A DNA stretch of 64,000 bases. Origin: Pseudomonadota bacterium. GTDB taxonomy: Bacteria; Pseudomonadota; Alphaproteobacteria; Caulobacterales; Parvularculaceae. The position numbers and the translations under genes are program-made. The stretch covers positions 451 to 64,450 of the forward strand of contig JBCBSB010000008.1 in assembly GCA_039819405.1 (NCBI GenBank), in the 5' to 3' direction. The notes under the pieces are model-generated. The model ran no database searches. It was not told the DNA's origin and saw nothing but the letters and a program-made list of their open reading frames with translations. Shown in pieces: positions 39,020 through 49,274 of this stretch (its first letter is position 1; every line of letters begins with the position of its first letter).

Positions 39020-39130
39020 GTCTTCACGAGAACTGTCAGCGTGCCGGCGACTTAAAACATTCGCGTAACTCAAAATCAGGTTGATGTCCGGCAGGCGGCG
39101 TGTAAGCGCGTTTGACGCAAGCGCTTCAGC

Positions 39131-40102
39131 TTAAAGGCTCATCGCCTGCATGATTGCGGGGCCGAGAATAACGGCGAACAGCACCGGCAGGAAGAAGCCA
39201 ATCATTGGAACGGTAAGCTTTGGCGGCAGGGCGGCGGCTTTTTTCTCCGCTTCCTGCATGCGCATATCGCGGCTTTCCGTCGCCATCACGCGAAGAGACT
39301 GTCCCAAGGGCGTCCCGTATTTCTCCGATTGCACGAGCGCGGTCACGACCGCCTTGACGACGTCAAGCCCGGTGCGTTCGGAGAGATTGATGTAGGCCTG
39401 CTTTCGCTCCTGAAGATAGGAAAGTTCTGCGGTCGTCAGGCCGAGCTCTTCGGCAAGCTCCGGACAGCCTTCGCCAATCTCGTCTCCAACTTTCTGAAAC
39501 GCAGCCTCGATTGACATGCCGGACTCGACACAGATCAGCAGAAGATCGAGCGCGTCAGGCCAGGCAAGCTGAATCTTTTGCTGTCGCTTGCCCACTGCGT
39601 TGGTGACGTAAATATTCGGCAGATAAAATCCAGCCAGGAATCCGGCCATGGTCGCAAGCAGACGGCCAAAACTGTCAAGCTCAAAGCCATCCAGAAAATA
39701 AACATAGACGCCAACCAGAATCGCAACCACAAATGGCAGCCCCAGGCGCGCCGCCATAAACGTAAAGACCGGCCCCTGACCGCGGAAACCCGCCATCATC
39801 AATTTTTTACGCGCAGCTTCCGCATCGAAAACCTCAAGCAATTTGAGACTCTCAACGATTTCCTTGATGGCGCCTTCGGGCGACGTGTTGCGCAAGCCTT
39901 TGTTGGCTTTTTTCGCCAGCATTTCACGTTGCTGCTGGCGCAGCGACTCCCGGTGGGACGTCACCGACTTCATACGCTCTTTCAGCTTATCTTTCTCAAG
40001 CAGCGGCGCAACGACCGTAAAAACGGTTGCAATCGCAGCGAGCGAGACAAGCAACGCGATCTGAAAATTACGATCGGTAACGGCGTTGATAATTGCGTCC
40101 AT
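39131..40102 (-). CDS. tadC: Tad pilus platform protein TadC (T2SS F family)
   Basis: GspF-like membrane protein at the last position of the cpa/tad operon. Confidence 0.85.
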   Translation of the reverse strand: MDAIINAVTDRNFQIALLVSLAAIATVFTVVAPLLEKDKLKERMKSVTSHRESLRQQQREMLAKKANKGLRNTSPEGAIKEIVESLKLLEVFDAEAARKKLMMAGFRGQGPVFTFMAARLGLPFVVAILVGVYVYFLDGFELDSFGRLLATMAGFLAGFYLPNIYVTNAVGKRQQKIQLAWPDALDLLLICVESGMSIEAAFQKVGDEIGEGCPELAEELGLTTAELSYLQERKQAYINLSERTGLDVVKAVVTALVQSEKYGTPLGQSLRVMATESRDMRMQEAEKKAAALPPKLTVPMIGFFLPVLFAVILGPAIMQAMSL

Positions 40103-40112
40103 GCCGGCTTTC

Positions 40113-41105
40113 CTAGACCTTTATCTGTGTCATCTTTTTCATGACGAGAATGCCTGTCAGCATCCAAATGCCAGCGCCAATCAAGATGAAATTTCCTGTT
40201 CGCGTATTGAACAGCGGGTCGAGGTAATCAGGCGAAGACAATTTCACCGACCCCATGACCAGAAACGGCAGCGACCCGATGATGTAGGCGGACGCTTTGG
40301 CTTCCGCCGACAGCGCCTTGATCTTACCTTCCATCAACTTGCGCGAGCGCAGAACAGTTGCAAGATTGCCCAGGGCTTCCGCAAGATTACCACCGGTCTT
40401 CTGCTGGATCATCAGCACAATGCCGAAGAACTTGACCTCTTGCAGCGGCATCCGTTCGTGCATACGGTCAAGCGATTGCTCAAGCGTCATGCCAATTCGA
40501 AGGCCTTCGGTCAGCATATGGAATTCGTCGTTGACCGGGCGCGGCGCCTCGCGGGCGATAATTTTCAAACATTCATTGACCGGCAAACCGGATTTAACAC
40601 CGCGAACGATCACGTCGATAGCGTTCGAGAATTCTGTCACAAACTTCTTCTGGCGGCGTCCGCGCAGAAAATTGACAACCCATCTCGGGAATCCAAAGCC
40701 GCCGACCACTGTCAACAGTCCCGTAATCCAGTATTGCTGGCCGGAGATAAAGCCAATCAGCGCAAAGAAAAGCGCCGTCACCACGGATGCAATATAAAAT
40801 TCCTTGCGTTTGATCGGCAGACCAGCCTGCTCAAGCATCTGATCCATCGACACGCGGCGTTTCTTTTTAAGATTCTTTGTCTTGTCATCAATAGCGTGCA
40901 GGGATTCTTCAAGCTTGCGGCGACGCTCTTTACTTTGCGCTTCTGTTTGTCCCGCTGAGGCGACACGGCGTGCGGATTTCCCCGTCTGAAGGGACGCAAC
41001 GCGTTTTTTCGCCTTATCCTTTTCCGTCGGCGCCATCACCACGAGCGAAAGCCCGCCGATTGCTACGGCGCCGATAAAGATCAGTATCAGGATCTGCTGA
41101 TCCAT
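40113..41105 (-). CDS. tadB: Tad pilus platform protein TadB (T2SS F family)
   Basis: GspF-like membrane protein directly downstream of cpaF. Confidence 0.85.
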   Translation of the reverse strand: MDQQILILIFIGAVAIGGLSLVVMAPTEKDKAKKRVASLQTGKSARRVASAGQTEAQSKERRRKLEESLHAIDDKTKNLKKKRRVSMDQMLEQAGLPIKRKEFYIASVVTALFFALIGFISGQQYWITGLLTVVGGFGFPRWVVNFLRGRRQKKFVTEFSNAIDVIVRGVKSGLPVNECLKIIAREAPRPVNDEFHMLTEGLRIGMTLEQSLDRMHERMPLQEVKFFGIVLMIQQKTGGNLAEALGNLATVLRSRKLMEGKIKALSAEAKASAYIIGSLPFLVMGSVKLSSPDYLDPLFNTRTGNFILIGAGIWMLTGILVMKKMTQIKV

Positions 41106-41111
41106 TTCCGT

Positions 41112-42605
41112 TTACTCCGATGCAGCGTCGAGAGCGCCTGCAAGTTCCGCTTCTTTACCGTAATATTTGGCGCGATCCCAGAATGCCGGCCGCGCAATAC
41201 CTGTGGATTTGTGTTTGCCGATGATCCCGCCATCATCGTCTTCTCCGGTCATGTCATAGACAAAGAGATCTTGCGTAATGATCGTGTCGCCTTCAGTGCC
41301 GAGCACTTCCGTAATATGGGTGATGCGGCGTGAACCATCGCGCAGGCGCGCCGCCTGAATGACGACATCAATAGACCCGACGATCATTTCACGGATGGTT
41401 TTCGATGGCAGATTATAGCCGCCCATGGTGATCATGGATTCAATACGCTGCAAAGCTTCGCGTGGCGAGTTAGCGTGAAGCGTCCCCATGGAGCCATCGT
41501 GACCGGTGTTCATGGCCTGCAGGAGGTCAAACGCCTCCGGGCCACGCACCTCGCCGACGATGATGCGTTCAGGACGCATACGCAGACAGTTTTTGACGAG
41601 ATCGCGCATCGTCACCTCGCCCTGGCCTTCCAGGTTGGGAGGGCGCGTTTCCAGACGAACCGTGTGCGGCTGCTGCAGCTGAAGTTCCGCCGCGTCCTCG
41701 CAGGTGATAATACGTTCATCGTGCTCGATGAAACCGGTCATACAGTTCAGAAGCGTCGTTTTACCTGAGCCCGTACCGCCGGAGATCAACGTATTGATAC
41801 GGCAGTGACCAATGATTTCCAGAACCCTTGCGCCCTCTGGCGAAATGGATCCGAAATTGACAAGATCCTGAACGCGCAGCTTGTCTTTTTTAAACTTACG
41901 AATGGTCAGCGCGGCGCCGTCAATCGCGAGCGGCGGCGCGATCACGTTGACACGCGAACCGTCAGGCAAGCGCGCGTCACAAATCGGGCTGGCTTCGTCG
42001 ACACGGCGGCCGACCTGGCTCACAATCCGCTGACAGATATTCATCAGCTGCGCATTGTCGCGGAAGCGCACATTGGTCAGCTGAATTTTACCGCCGACTT
42101 CGATAAAGACGCGGCTTGATCCATTGACCATGATGTCGGCGATATCGTCACGCGCGAGCAACGGTTCAAGCGGGCCGTAACCGAGAACATCGTTACAGAT
42201 GTCCTGTAAGAGCGCTTCCTGCTCCGCAATCGACATCTGAACGTTTTTGATCGAAATGATCTCGTTGACGATGTCGCGAATTTCTTCCGCCGCTGATTCC
42301 GTATCAAGCTGCGCCAGTTGCGAAAGATCAATCGTGTCAATCAACGCATTGAAGATTGTCGTCTTTGTCTGAAAATATTCATCGCTGCGGCCGCCGATTT
42401 CAACAGCTTGTTGCTCAGCGCTGCTGGCGGCGACCTTGGCGACGCGCGGCGGCGCTTCCGGCGCAGCCTTTGGCGCTGCTGGCGCAGGCTTTTTAGGCGC
42501 GGGCTTGGCCGGCGCCTTTGCTGCGGGGGCGGGCTTTGGCGTATTCGCCGGCTGCTTCGGCGCCGGAGGCGCTTCGGCTGGAGCTGTTCTGCGTCCAAAC
42601 ATCAA
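41112..42605 (-). CDS. cpaF: CpaF/TadA secretion ATPase
   Basis: Walker [12 protein letters not shown] plus Asp and His boxes. The N-terminal ~60 aa are a Pro/Ala/Lys-rich low-complexity region. Confidence 0.92.
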   Translation of the reverse strand: MMFGRRTAPAEAPPAPKQPANTPKPAPAAKAPAKPAPKKPAPAAPKAAPEAPPRVAKVAASSAEQQAVEIGGRSDEYFQTKTTIFNALIDTIDLSQLAQLDTESAAEEIRDIVNEIISIKNVQMSIAEQEALLQDICNDVLGYGPLEPLLARDDIADIMVNGSSRVFIEVGGKIQLTNVRFRDNAQLMNICQRIVSQVGRRVDEASPICDARLPDGSRVNVIAPPLAIDGAALTIRKFKKDKLRVQDLVNFGSISPEGARVLEIIGHCRINTLISGGTGSGKTTLLNCMTGFIEHDERIITCEDAAELQLQQPHTVRLETRPPNLEGQGEVTMRDLVKNCLRMRPERIIVGEVRGPEAFDLLQAMNTGHDGSMGTLHANSPREALQRIESMITMGGYNLPSKTIREMIVGSIDVVIQAARLRDGSRRITHITEVLGTEGDTIITQDLFVYDMTGEDDDGGIIGKHKSTGIARPAFWDRAKYYGKEAELAGALDAASE

Positions 42606-42610
42606 TCACG

Positions 42611-44371
42611 TTACCGTTTCTTTTTAAACAATCCGGAGAGGCTGAATTTCGGCTTGGCGATATTCGCGTCGCTTCTGCCGATCAGATCCGCCGACAATTC
42701 CAGAAACGACATCGCCGTTTTCGATTTCGGGCCGACCTCAAGAATCGGGGCTGCATTTGTCGCTGCAGCGCCAAACAATTGCGGCTCCCAATTGAATACC
42801 TGCACCGGCTCAAGCCCAACATGTTCGGCGTATTGGGCTGGCTGAACGGCGGACGCTTTTGGATCGTACTGGTTGATAATCAGTTTCGGCGCGGCGTCGT
42901 TGGGGCGCGCCGCGCTGAGGATATCAACAAGGTTTTTCGTATTGCGGAATGCCGCAAGGTCTGGCGTCGCCGTAACAACAATCTCATCGGCCGTTGTCAG
43001 GATGCGTTTTGACCACGTTGTCCAGACATGCGGCACATCAACGATAATGGTTGGCGCAGTTCCGCGCACCACATCAAGCACCGTTTCAAACGCCTGATCA
43101 TCAAGCTCATAGTCACGGTCGAGCACGCTTGGCGCTGTAAACAAGCTCAAATGATCAGTATGCTTTTGAAGCAGACGATCAAGCAGAACATCGTCAAGGC
43201 GTTCCGGCGAGCTTAGCGCTTCCACGAGACCGGCGGACGCGTCTTCATCGAAGTCAAGGCTCGCGGTCCCGAACGGCAGGTCCAGATCGAGAACGACTGT
43301 GTCGCTCTTAAACTCTTCCGCCGCACACCAGCTTACATTATGTGCGATGGTTGAGGACCCGACACCGCCGCGAGCGCCAACAAAGGCGATCGTTCGTCCG
43401 ATTGGCGGCGCCGACGGGTCAACATAAAGTTCTGCGATAGTTTTGATGATCTGCAGGGGAGATTGCGGGCGAACGATATATTCGCTGATGCCCTGACGGA
43501 TCAACTCGCGGTAGAGAATGATATCATTGACCTGGCCGACAATGACAACTTTTGTCGACGGATCACAAACTTCCGCCAGTTCTCCAAGCTGCGCGAATAT
43601 TTCAGACCCGCTCGCCATTGTTTCAAGGATAATCAGGTTCGGCGTCGATGATGTCTGAAACTGATCGACAGCCTTCGAAACGCCGCCCATATGAATCGTC
43701 AAATGCGCTTTTGACAAGCGCCGATCGACAGCCGCCTTTTCCAGCAACGCAGTCGTCGCCGGCGTTTCGCAAAACGCATGGATGGAAATTCGCGGGACCG
43801 GACGGTGATCAACTTCCTCATCGCCAAGGTCCGTGATCTCTCCGCCATAGCCGGCAGGGTCCATCGGCATCCCGGAAGCGGTGACAAGCGCGCCTGCGCT
43901 TTCAGATAAAGCATCATCCTCCGACTCCGCGACCTCCTCATCGGCGGCGGGCGGCGGCGGCGCGACGGAAGCGGACTGATCGTCAACCTCATAGTCCGTT
44001 GATGACGCAACAGGCTCAGGCGCCGCTTCTTCGGTATCTTCAAACGAGGCGTCAAATGATGCGTCTATTTCATCGTCGTACAGGCCTTCGCCCTCAAGGC
44101 CTTCGACTTCAAGTTCAGCCGCGGCCAGTTCCTCGTCCGTAAACTCCGCATCGTCGAAGTCTTCCTCACCAAGCGCGGCGAGTTCTTCATCAGACAATTC
44201 TTCGTCAAGCCAAGCGTCTTCGTCAGCAATCTCATCAAGATCGCTTTCGATCTCTTCAACATTTTGACCAACGGAGACAAGCGGACCGCCATCGGCGCCG
44301 AGACTGGCGGCGCCGTCGGCGACCCCCTCTTCGTCATCGGGCTGATATGACTTTTCAGCAGCGTTTTTCAT
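42611..44371 (-). CDS. cpaE: CpaE/TadZ ParA-like pilus localisation ATPase with long acidic N-terminal extension
   Basis: Deviant Walker A GARGGVGSSTIA follows a receiver-like region. The first ~190 aa are extremely Asp/Glu-rich. Confidence 0.85.
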   Translation of the reverse strand: MKNAAEKSYQPDDEEGVADGAASLGADGGPLVSVGQNVEEIESDLDEIADEDAWLDEELSDEELAALGEEDFDDAEFTDEELAAAELEVEGLEGEGLYDDEIDASFDASFEDTEEAAPEPVASSTDYEVDDQSASVAPPPPAADEEVAESEDDALSESAGALVTASGMPMDPAGYGGEITDLGDEEVDHRPVPRISIHAFCETPATTALLEKAAVDRRLSKAHLTIHMGGVSKAVDQFQTSSTPNLIILETMASGSEIFAQLGELAEVCDPSTKVVIVGQVNDIILYRELIRQGISEYIVRPQSPLQIIKTIAELYVDPSAPPIGRTIAFVGARGGVGSSTIAHNVSWCAAEEFKSDTVVLDLDLPFGTASLDFDEDASAGLVEALSSPERLDDVLLDRLLQKHTDHLSLFTAPSVLDRDYELDDQAFETVLDVVRGTAPTIIVDVPHVWTTWSKRILTTADEIVVTATPDLAAFRNTKNLVDILSAARPNDAAPKLIINQYDPKASAVQPAQYAEHVGLEPVQVFNWEPQLFGAAATNAAPILEVGPKSKTAMSFLELSADLIGRSDANIAKPKFSLSGLFKKKR

Positions 44372-44410
44372 CTTATTCTCCCTGCGAATCCCCTCAGGCG
44401 TCGCTATTCC

Positions 44411-45097
44411 TTAGTTACTCGAGACTGCGGCATTGATATTGGCGTCAATTGCCGAAGACGTGACTTCGCCTGCGCGATACGCGTCAATCGCACGCACAGT
44501 CGTCGTCGCGTCACGCGGGTCCTGATCAGCCGGCGCAATCAAATCATGTGGGTCGGCAAGAACCGCGGCGACATTATTCTGCGTGGCGCACCCGAAATTC
44601 GGCGTACGCAAATTACGGTAATCGCGCCCGCGAATGCCGTCCCAGATCCCGCACTCGCTCGCTGTTGCAACATAGTGCGTGTAGGAAAGAATCAGCTGGT
44701 CGGCAGCGGCGCTTCCGCCTGTACGATAGGTTGCGCCGGCCAATGCAGACCAGGGAACGCCGGCGTCGTGCAACGCGCCACGGATGTCGGCGGCGGTTTC
44801 CTGACCGTCAAAGTCAGCTGACGTTCCGGAAGGCGCTGTAATCGTCAACGGACCGTGTCCGTTATTCATATAGGCGTCAGCGAAAGCGCGAAGGCGCGCA
44901 CTGTCAACATCAGACAAGTCCGTCGTCGACAAATCATTATCAATCGTCAGCGTGACAACCTGGCTGTCAACCGAAATCGGGTGTTCTTCGGCAACGGTCA
45001 GCGCATGCTGCTGACCATTGAACGGGCCACTGGCGCACGCTGCAAGAGATAATGCCGCCAGAGAGAGGAGCGCGTGGTTCGTTTTTACTGTGAACAT
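44411..45097 (-). CDS. cpaD: CpaD pilus assembly lipoprotein
   Basis: Lipobox LSLAAC. The C-terminal region is PNFGCATQNNVAAVLADPHDL. Confidence 0.8.
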   Translation of the reverse strand: MFTVKTNHALLSLAALSLAACASGPFNGQQHALTVAEEHPISVDSQVVTLTIDNDLSTTDLSDVDSARLRAFADAYMNNGHGPLTITAPSGTSADFDGQETAADIRGALHDAGVPWSALAGATYRTGGSAAADQLILSYTHYVATASECGIWDGIRGRDYRNLRTPNFGCATQNNVAAVLADPHDLIAPADQDPRDATTTVRAIDAYRAGEVTSSAIDANINAAVSSN

Positions 45098-45109
45098 TAT
45101 TCAGTCCTC

Positions 45110-46576
45110 TTAATCTAAAATGAAGCCCATCGGTCCCTGCAGCGAGGCTTGTGTAACGCCAGCGCCCGCCAGGCCGTAGGTTGATATGATTTTGCCCATC
45201 AGGATTGATTCCGCATCGCTTGCAGGCACAAATCCTTTGGTCGGATCCAGCAGTTCTGACTCATGGGCGGGATCAACCAGATATGGCGTTACGATAATGA
45301 CAAGTTCCGTTTCGCTGTTTTGATAGTTGCGGCTTCGGAAAAGCTGGCCCAGCACCGGTACGTCTTTCATACCGGGCACGCCTTCAATCGTAGAACGCAT
45401 GTCTTCCTGTAAAAGGCCCGCCATCACCAGACTGCCGCCGCTTGGCAGTTCCATTGTGGTGTTCGCGCGGCGCACCGAAAGACCCGGGATGGAAAGACCG
45501 GCTGTCGTCGTCAGATTGCCGTCATCATCAACCGTTGTCGCGCCCGGAACAAAGAACGCATTCTCCGTTGTGATTTCACTCACCTCGGTTGAAACTTTCA
45601 AGTTGATGCGGCCTTTGCTCATCACCAGCGGCGTGAAGCCGAGGCCGACACCGAATTCCTTGAATTCAACCGTGATAACGCCGTCATCCTGCCCCACTGG
45701 CACCGGGAATTCGCCACCCGCAAGAAACCGGGCCGATTCGCCGGAAAGCGCTGTCAGGTTTGGCTCCGCCAGAATGCGGATCAGACCATTTGATTCAAAC
45801 GCCTGCAGTGACGCGTCGAGACGCTCCAGATCGCCGGTGTCAAGCTTCGTGCCGCTGAGGCCAAGACCGCCGGTCGCCGCAATCGTATTCGCTGCGCCAA
45901 AATTAAAAACCGAATCGCTGAGCAAAACGGAACCAGTCGTTGATACGCCAAGTTGCTTAAGGAGCTGGCGCTGCATCTCAACAATGCGAACCTTCAGCAT
46001 GACCTGCTCCGGATCACGCACTTTCAACAAATTGATGACTTTTTCCGGGCTATCGATAAACCGCCCCGCCAGCGAACTGGCGTTGGCCGCTTCACCCGGC
46101 GTTTGCACTGTGCCGCGCAAAATCACATTGTCATTGATGGCGTCAATCTCAATCCGGCTATCCGGCATCACCCGGCGCATGAGCTGAGAAAGGGTGTCCA
46201 TATCGCGCTCAACCTGAATTTCAAGATTGAGGATCTGGCGCCCCTGAGCGTCAAAGAAGAAAGCGTTGGTTTGCCCGACCTGCAGGCCCAGCAGATAAAC
46301 CCGTCGCGGCGATCGGACCACGGCGTCAATCACTGTCGGTTGCGAAACCAGAACGTCTGTCGCCGCATAAGGCAATTCAACAATGGCCGCCTTGTTCAAC
46401 GGTAACACGATGCTTTTCGAAACCGCGCTTGTGCCGCCCATGTCAATACGTACAGGCTGGGTGCCGCGCTGCGCCGCTGCAGGCCCGGCCGCAACTGCAC
46501 AAAGCGTAACCGTGGCAAGCGCTGTACGCACCGTCAGGCTGGCGACTTTTTTTAATGCGTTTACTGAGAAATTCAT
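45110..46576 (-). CDS. cpaC: CpaC/RcpA secretin
   Basis: The secretin C-domain is PVLGQLFRS...ELVIIVTPYLV. ATG (MNFSVN) at 46576 avoids overlap with cpaB. Confidence 0.9.
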   Translation of the reverse strand: MNFSVNALKKVASLTVRTALATVTLCAVAAGPAAAQRGTQPVRIDMGGTSAVSKSIVLPLNKAAIVELPYAATDVLVSQPTVIDAVVRSPRRVYLLGLQVGQTNAFFFDAQGRQILNLEIQVERDMDTLSQLMRRVMPDSRIEIDAINDNVILRGTVQTPGEAANASSLAGRFIDSPEKVINLLKVRDPEQVMLKVRIVEMQRQLLKQLGVSTTGSVLLSDSVFNFGAANTIAATGGLGLSGTKLDTGDLERLDASLQAFESNGLIRILAEPNLTALSGESARFLAGGEFPVPVGQDDGVITVEFKEFGVGLGFTPLVMSKGRINLKVSTEVSEITTENAFFVPGATTVDDDGNLTTTAGLSIPGLSVRRANTTMELPSGGSLVMAGLLQEDMRSTIEGVPGMKDVPVLGQLFRSRNYQNSETELVIIVTPYLVDPAHESELLDPTKGFVPASDAESILMGKIISTYGLAGAGVTQASLQGPMGFILD

Positions 46577-46598
46577 TTTCAACACCTGATCAATCTTC

Positions 46599-47336
46599 TT
46601 AAGAGCGGCCATAACGAATGACATTCACATCGGACGAGCGCCGTTCCAACGCCGCCAAATCGCCTTCCGGAGCAAAAATACTGCGCAATACGATGCTGAG
46701 CGAACCGGCCGCCCGCGCCGTCGTAAACGCTTCCGCATCACTTGGCGCCATTTCGAGCGTCACATTGACGCCATCAATGTGTGAAGCTTCGACATTCTCC
46801 GAGTAAACCGTATTCACGGCCAAGACCCGAACCTCCTCGAATAGAACCCTTGTGCGACCGCCGCGAGCGCCGGTATGAAAAACATCAACGCGATCGCCCG
46901 GCAAAATAAATCCGCCCGACGCCGTTTCAGGAGAAACGCGCATCGTCACCGCCCGCATGCCTGGCGAGATGATCGCCGCCATTAAGCCGGAATTACCAGC
47001 TCTGACGACTTTTGCGTCAACAACAGGTTCGCCAGTGACAATCAATGAGCGAGCGACAGCATCAGTCAGCGCGTCACGTCTGTCCGGCGTTTCATCTGTA
47101 ATGAATGTGGGCTGAACAGCCTTTTTGGGCCACGCGATCCAGCGCGTATCTTCAACCATCAGGCGTTCGCCGCGCGTAATGTCACGTGTCGAAACAAGAA
47201 CGCGTACTGTTTCTTCCTTAACCTGCTCAACGATTTGAACCGGCGCTTCTTCCGACGACATCGTCATCACCAGAAAAAACGCTCCGGCGCCTGCAAGCAA
47301 TGCGATTCCCAGACCGGCTATGATTCTTACATTCAT
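46599..47336 (-). CDS. cpaB: CpaB/RcpC Flp pilus assembly protein
   Basis: N-terminal anchor, then a SAF-like region (VLVSTRDITRGERL) and an RcpC domain. Confidence 0.85.
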   Translation of the reverse strand: MNVRIIAGLGIALLAGAGAFFLVMTMSSEEAPVQIVEQVKEETVRVLVSTRDITRGERLMVEDTRWIAWPKKAVQPTFITDETPDRRDALTDAVARSLIVTGEPVVDAKVVRAGNSGLMAAIISPGMRAVTMRVSPETASGGFILPGDRVDVFHTGARGGRTRVLFEEVRVLAVNTVYSENVEASHIDGVNVTLEMAPSDAEAFTTARAAGSLSIVLRSIFAPEGDLAALERRSSDVNVIRYGRS

Positions 47337-47428
47337 CTCTACTCACCCTAACTAATGACGCTGTCCGCATCTGTCGCACCACGGATCAGTGTCAGAGAAA
47401 CTCCTCAAAACTACGTTAACTGATCTTG

Positions 47429-47935
47429 TTAACCGCCAAAGACCAATTGGAAGAAAGGCGTTTGCGAAAAGCTAAGAAGTCCGCCGCTTGCGATAGCAAC
47501 GCCGTAGGGCAAATCCTTTTTGCGCTGGTGCAACTCGATTAACCACGGCGCATGAGAGTAAATGGGCAAGATCGGCATTTTGCGAAACATCATCATCACG
47601 ATGGCCAGACCGAGGCCGGCGACAGCCGTCAGAAAGAGGAACGACCCAAGCGCGCCAGCGCCGAGCCACGGAGCCGTCGCTGCAACCAGCTTTGCGTCTC
47701 CGCCCCCTATGACGCGTCCTGCGTAAAGCCCAAAACCAAGCGCCAATGCGCCAGCGCCGATCAAAATTCCTTCCAGCAGGGTCTCAAGCGACGCGCCGAC
47801 CGCCAGGCCCGCCGCGGGGTAGGTCAATATCAAAATGATGGAGATCCAGTTTGGGATTTTGAATTCGTAAATATCGTTCGCCGCAGCGACAATCAGCGCA
47901 GCAGGAAAAATAGATAACAACAAGTAGGGAACCAC
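47429..47935 (-). CDS. cpaA: A24-family prepilin peptidase CpaA/TadV
   Basis: The two catalytic Asp residues lie in AANDIYEFKIPN and GGGDAKL. Confidence 0.85.
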   Translation of the reverse strand: MVPYLLLSIFPAALIVAAANDIYEFKIPNWISIILILTYPAAGLAVGASLETLLEGILIGAGALALGFGLYAGRVIGGGDAKLVAATAPWLGAGALGSFLFLTAVAGLGLAIVMMMFRKMPILPIYSHAPWLIELHQRKKDLPYGVAIASGGLLSFSQTPFFQLVFGG

Positions 47936-48001
47936 GCGGCGCTCTCCATGAAAACAGAGCGCTGATCGTATGCAGAGTGTTATTAATGTTCAGTTAGACA
48001 T

Positions 48002-48034
48002 AAAAAGAAAAAGGGAGGCTTTACAGCCTCCCCT
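48002..48034 (-). terminator. Rho-independent terminator/attenuator between flp and cpaA
   Basis: The minus strand reads ggggaggc-tgtaa-gcctccc followed by tttttcttttta. Confidence 0.75.
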
Positions 48035-48076
48035 TCAGGTATTCAAACAGCAAAACCTGCTGTGTAACTGAATGTA

Positions 48077-48244
48077 TTATTCAGTAAGGTTCGTATTGAT
48101 TTCCGTGAACGTGTTGTTCAACGTGCCGCCAAGCGACTTAACCGCAGCAATAATAGCAACGGCGATCAATGCAGCGATAAGACCGTATTCAATGGCCGTA
48201 GCACCGTCTTCGTCGGCTTTAAAACGATTGATTAGAGCTTTCAT
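48077..48244 (-). CDS. flp: Flp/Fap family pilin (55 aa), absent from the ORF track
   Basis: Hand translation gives MKALINRFKADEDGATAIEYGLIAALIAVAIIAAVKSLGGTLNNTFTEINTNLTE. The Flp motif G/ATAIEYGLIAALIAV is present, and the gene heads the cpa operon. Confidence 0.9.
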   Translation of the reverse strand: MKALINRFKADEDGATAIEYGLIAALIAVAIIAAVKSLGGTLNNTFTEINTNLTE

Positions 48245-48389
48245 TGTCGACTCCTACTTACTCTTTACTTGCACCACTCAAAGGATTTTCCTTTTAAGCG
48301 ACGTCATCATGAGCAATATGCGTAAACAAATAATAAACCTTCGGTAACTTTTTGCTCTTTATACGTATTATAGTTAATACGCATTAACC

Positions 48390-49112
48390 CTAACTGGCAA
48401 GCTCATTTAACCGGCTGATATCGTTGATCACCATGCCGGGATAATCCCTTTGCGCCACACCTTCCTGAATGAGGCTGGCGACCGCATCCGCAGTGACAAC
48501 CTCTTCGACGCCGGCCTTGTCGGCCAATTCACGGTGCTTTGGCATACGCTCTATCCGCCACTGTCCGGTCATCGCATCGCGTTCAACAAAATGCAAAAGA
48601 GCGGCGTAAACGCGCTGATGGGGCGCTGTTTCCGTATGCTCCGGATCAAACCGAACGGCTGAGAGTTGCTTCGCAACATACGTGGCGATATTGCGCATCA
48701 GCGATGGGCGCTGCGACGCCAGAGCGCGAAACTGTTCCGCATCAATAGCAATCATGGAAAGCGCCTCTTCCGCCGTCGCCGAAAACCGATCGCAAAAATC
48801 AGGCGCCGTTTCGCCAAGAGAGAGTTCAAGACCGAAAATCGTTCCTTCGCCCAGTTCTTCAATAATCATCGCCCCTGTCTCGGCATCGACAAGAGAAAGG
48901 CGCAAACGCCCGCTGAGGATAAGATAAAATTCGCTGGCGTCGAATTGACCGGCGGTAAAGACTGTATGACCTTCGTCATAATTGCGACGATCGCTGCTTT
49001 TGGAAATGACGTCAATGACAGCGTCAGACAGATCCTGAAACACCGAAAATGTAGTTAGAGCGTCAGAAAAATCGCTTTCCTGCGTTGTCGGAATAAGGGG
49101 CGTTGCTGACAT
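48390..49112 (-). CDS. Cyclic-nucleotide-binding domain protein (Crp/Fnr-like, atypical C-terminus)
   Basis: The cNMP-binding beta-barrel pattern is FQDLSD...GHTVFTAGQFDASEFYLILSGRLRL...GTIFGLELSL. No clear C-terminal HTH is visible. Confidence 0.6.
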   Translation of the reverse strand: MSATPLIPTTQESDFSDALTTFSVFQDLSDAVIDVISKSSDRRNYDEGHTVFTAGQFDASEFYLILSGRLRLSLVDAETGAMIIEELGEGTIFGLELSLGETAPDFCDRFSATAEEALSMIAIDAEQFRALASQRPSLMRNIATYVAKQLSAVRFDPEHTETAPHQRVYAALLHFVERDAMTGQWRIERMPKHRELADKAGVEEVVTADAVASLIQEGVAQRDYPGMVINDISRLNELAS

Positions 49113-49274
49113 TAATATCTCCACCGGCCCCGATTGAGTATCATCATCGATTTAAAGCACAGTAAACTGAGAACTTTAAATATACGCAGAAGCCCATAAT
49201 CCACGGGGCTTTTTTAATTAATCATTGACTCATCACTCTTAGTCTGCGGGCAACAGTTTCCAAAGGTACGTCCC

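Noticed and set aside
40086-40958. 290-aa plus-strand ORF
   Set aside because: It is antisense to tadB, which fits the operon and the GspF family.
45327-46187. 286-aa plus-strand ORF
   Set aside because: It is antisense to the cpaC secretin and has a Ser/Pro/Arg-rich shadow translation.
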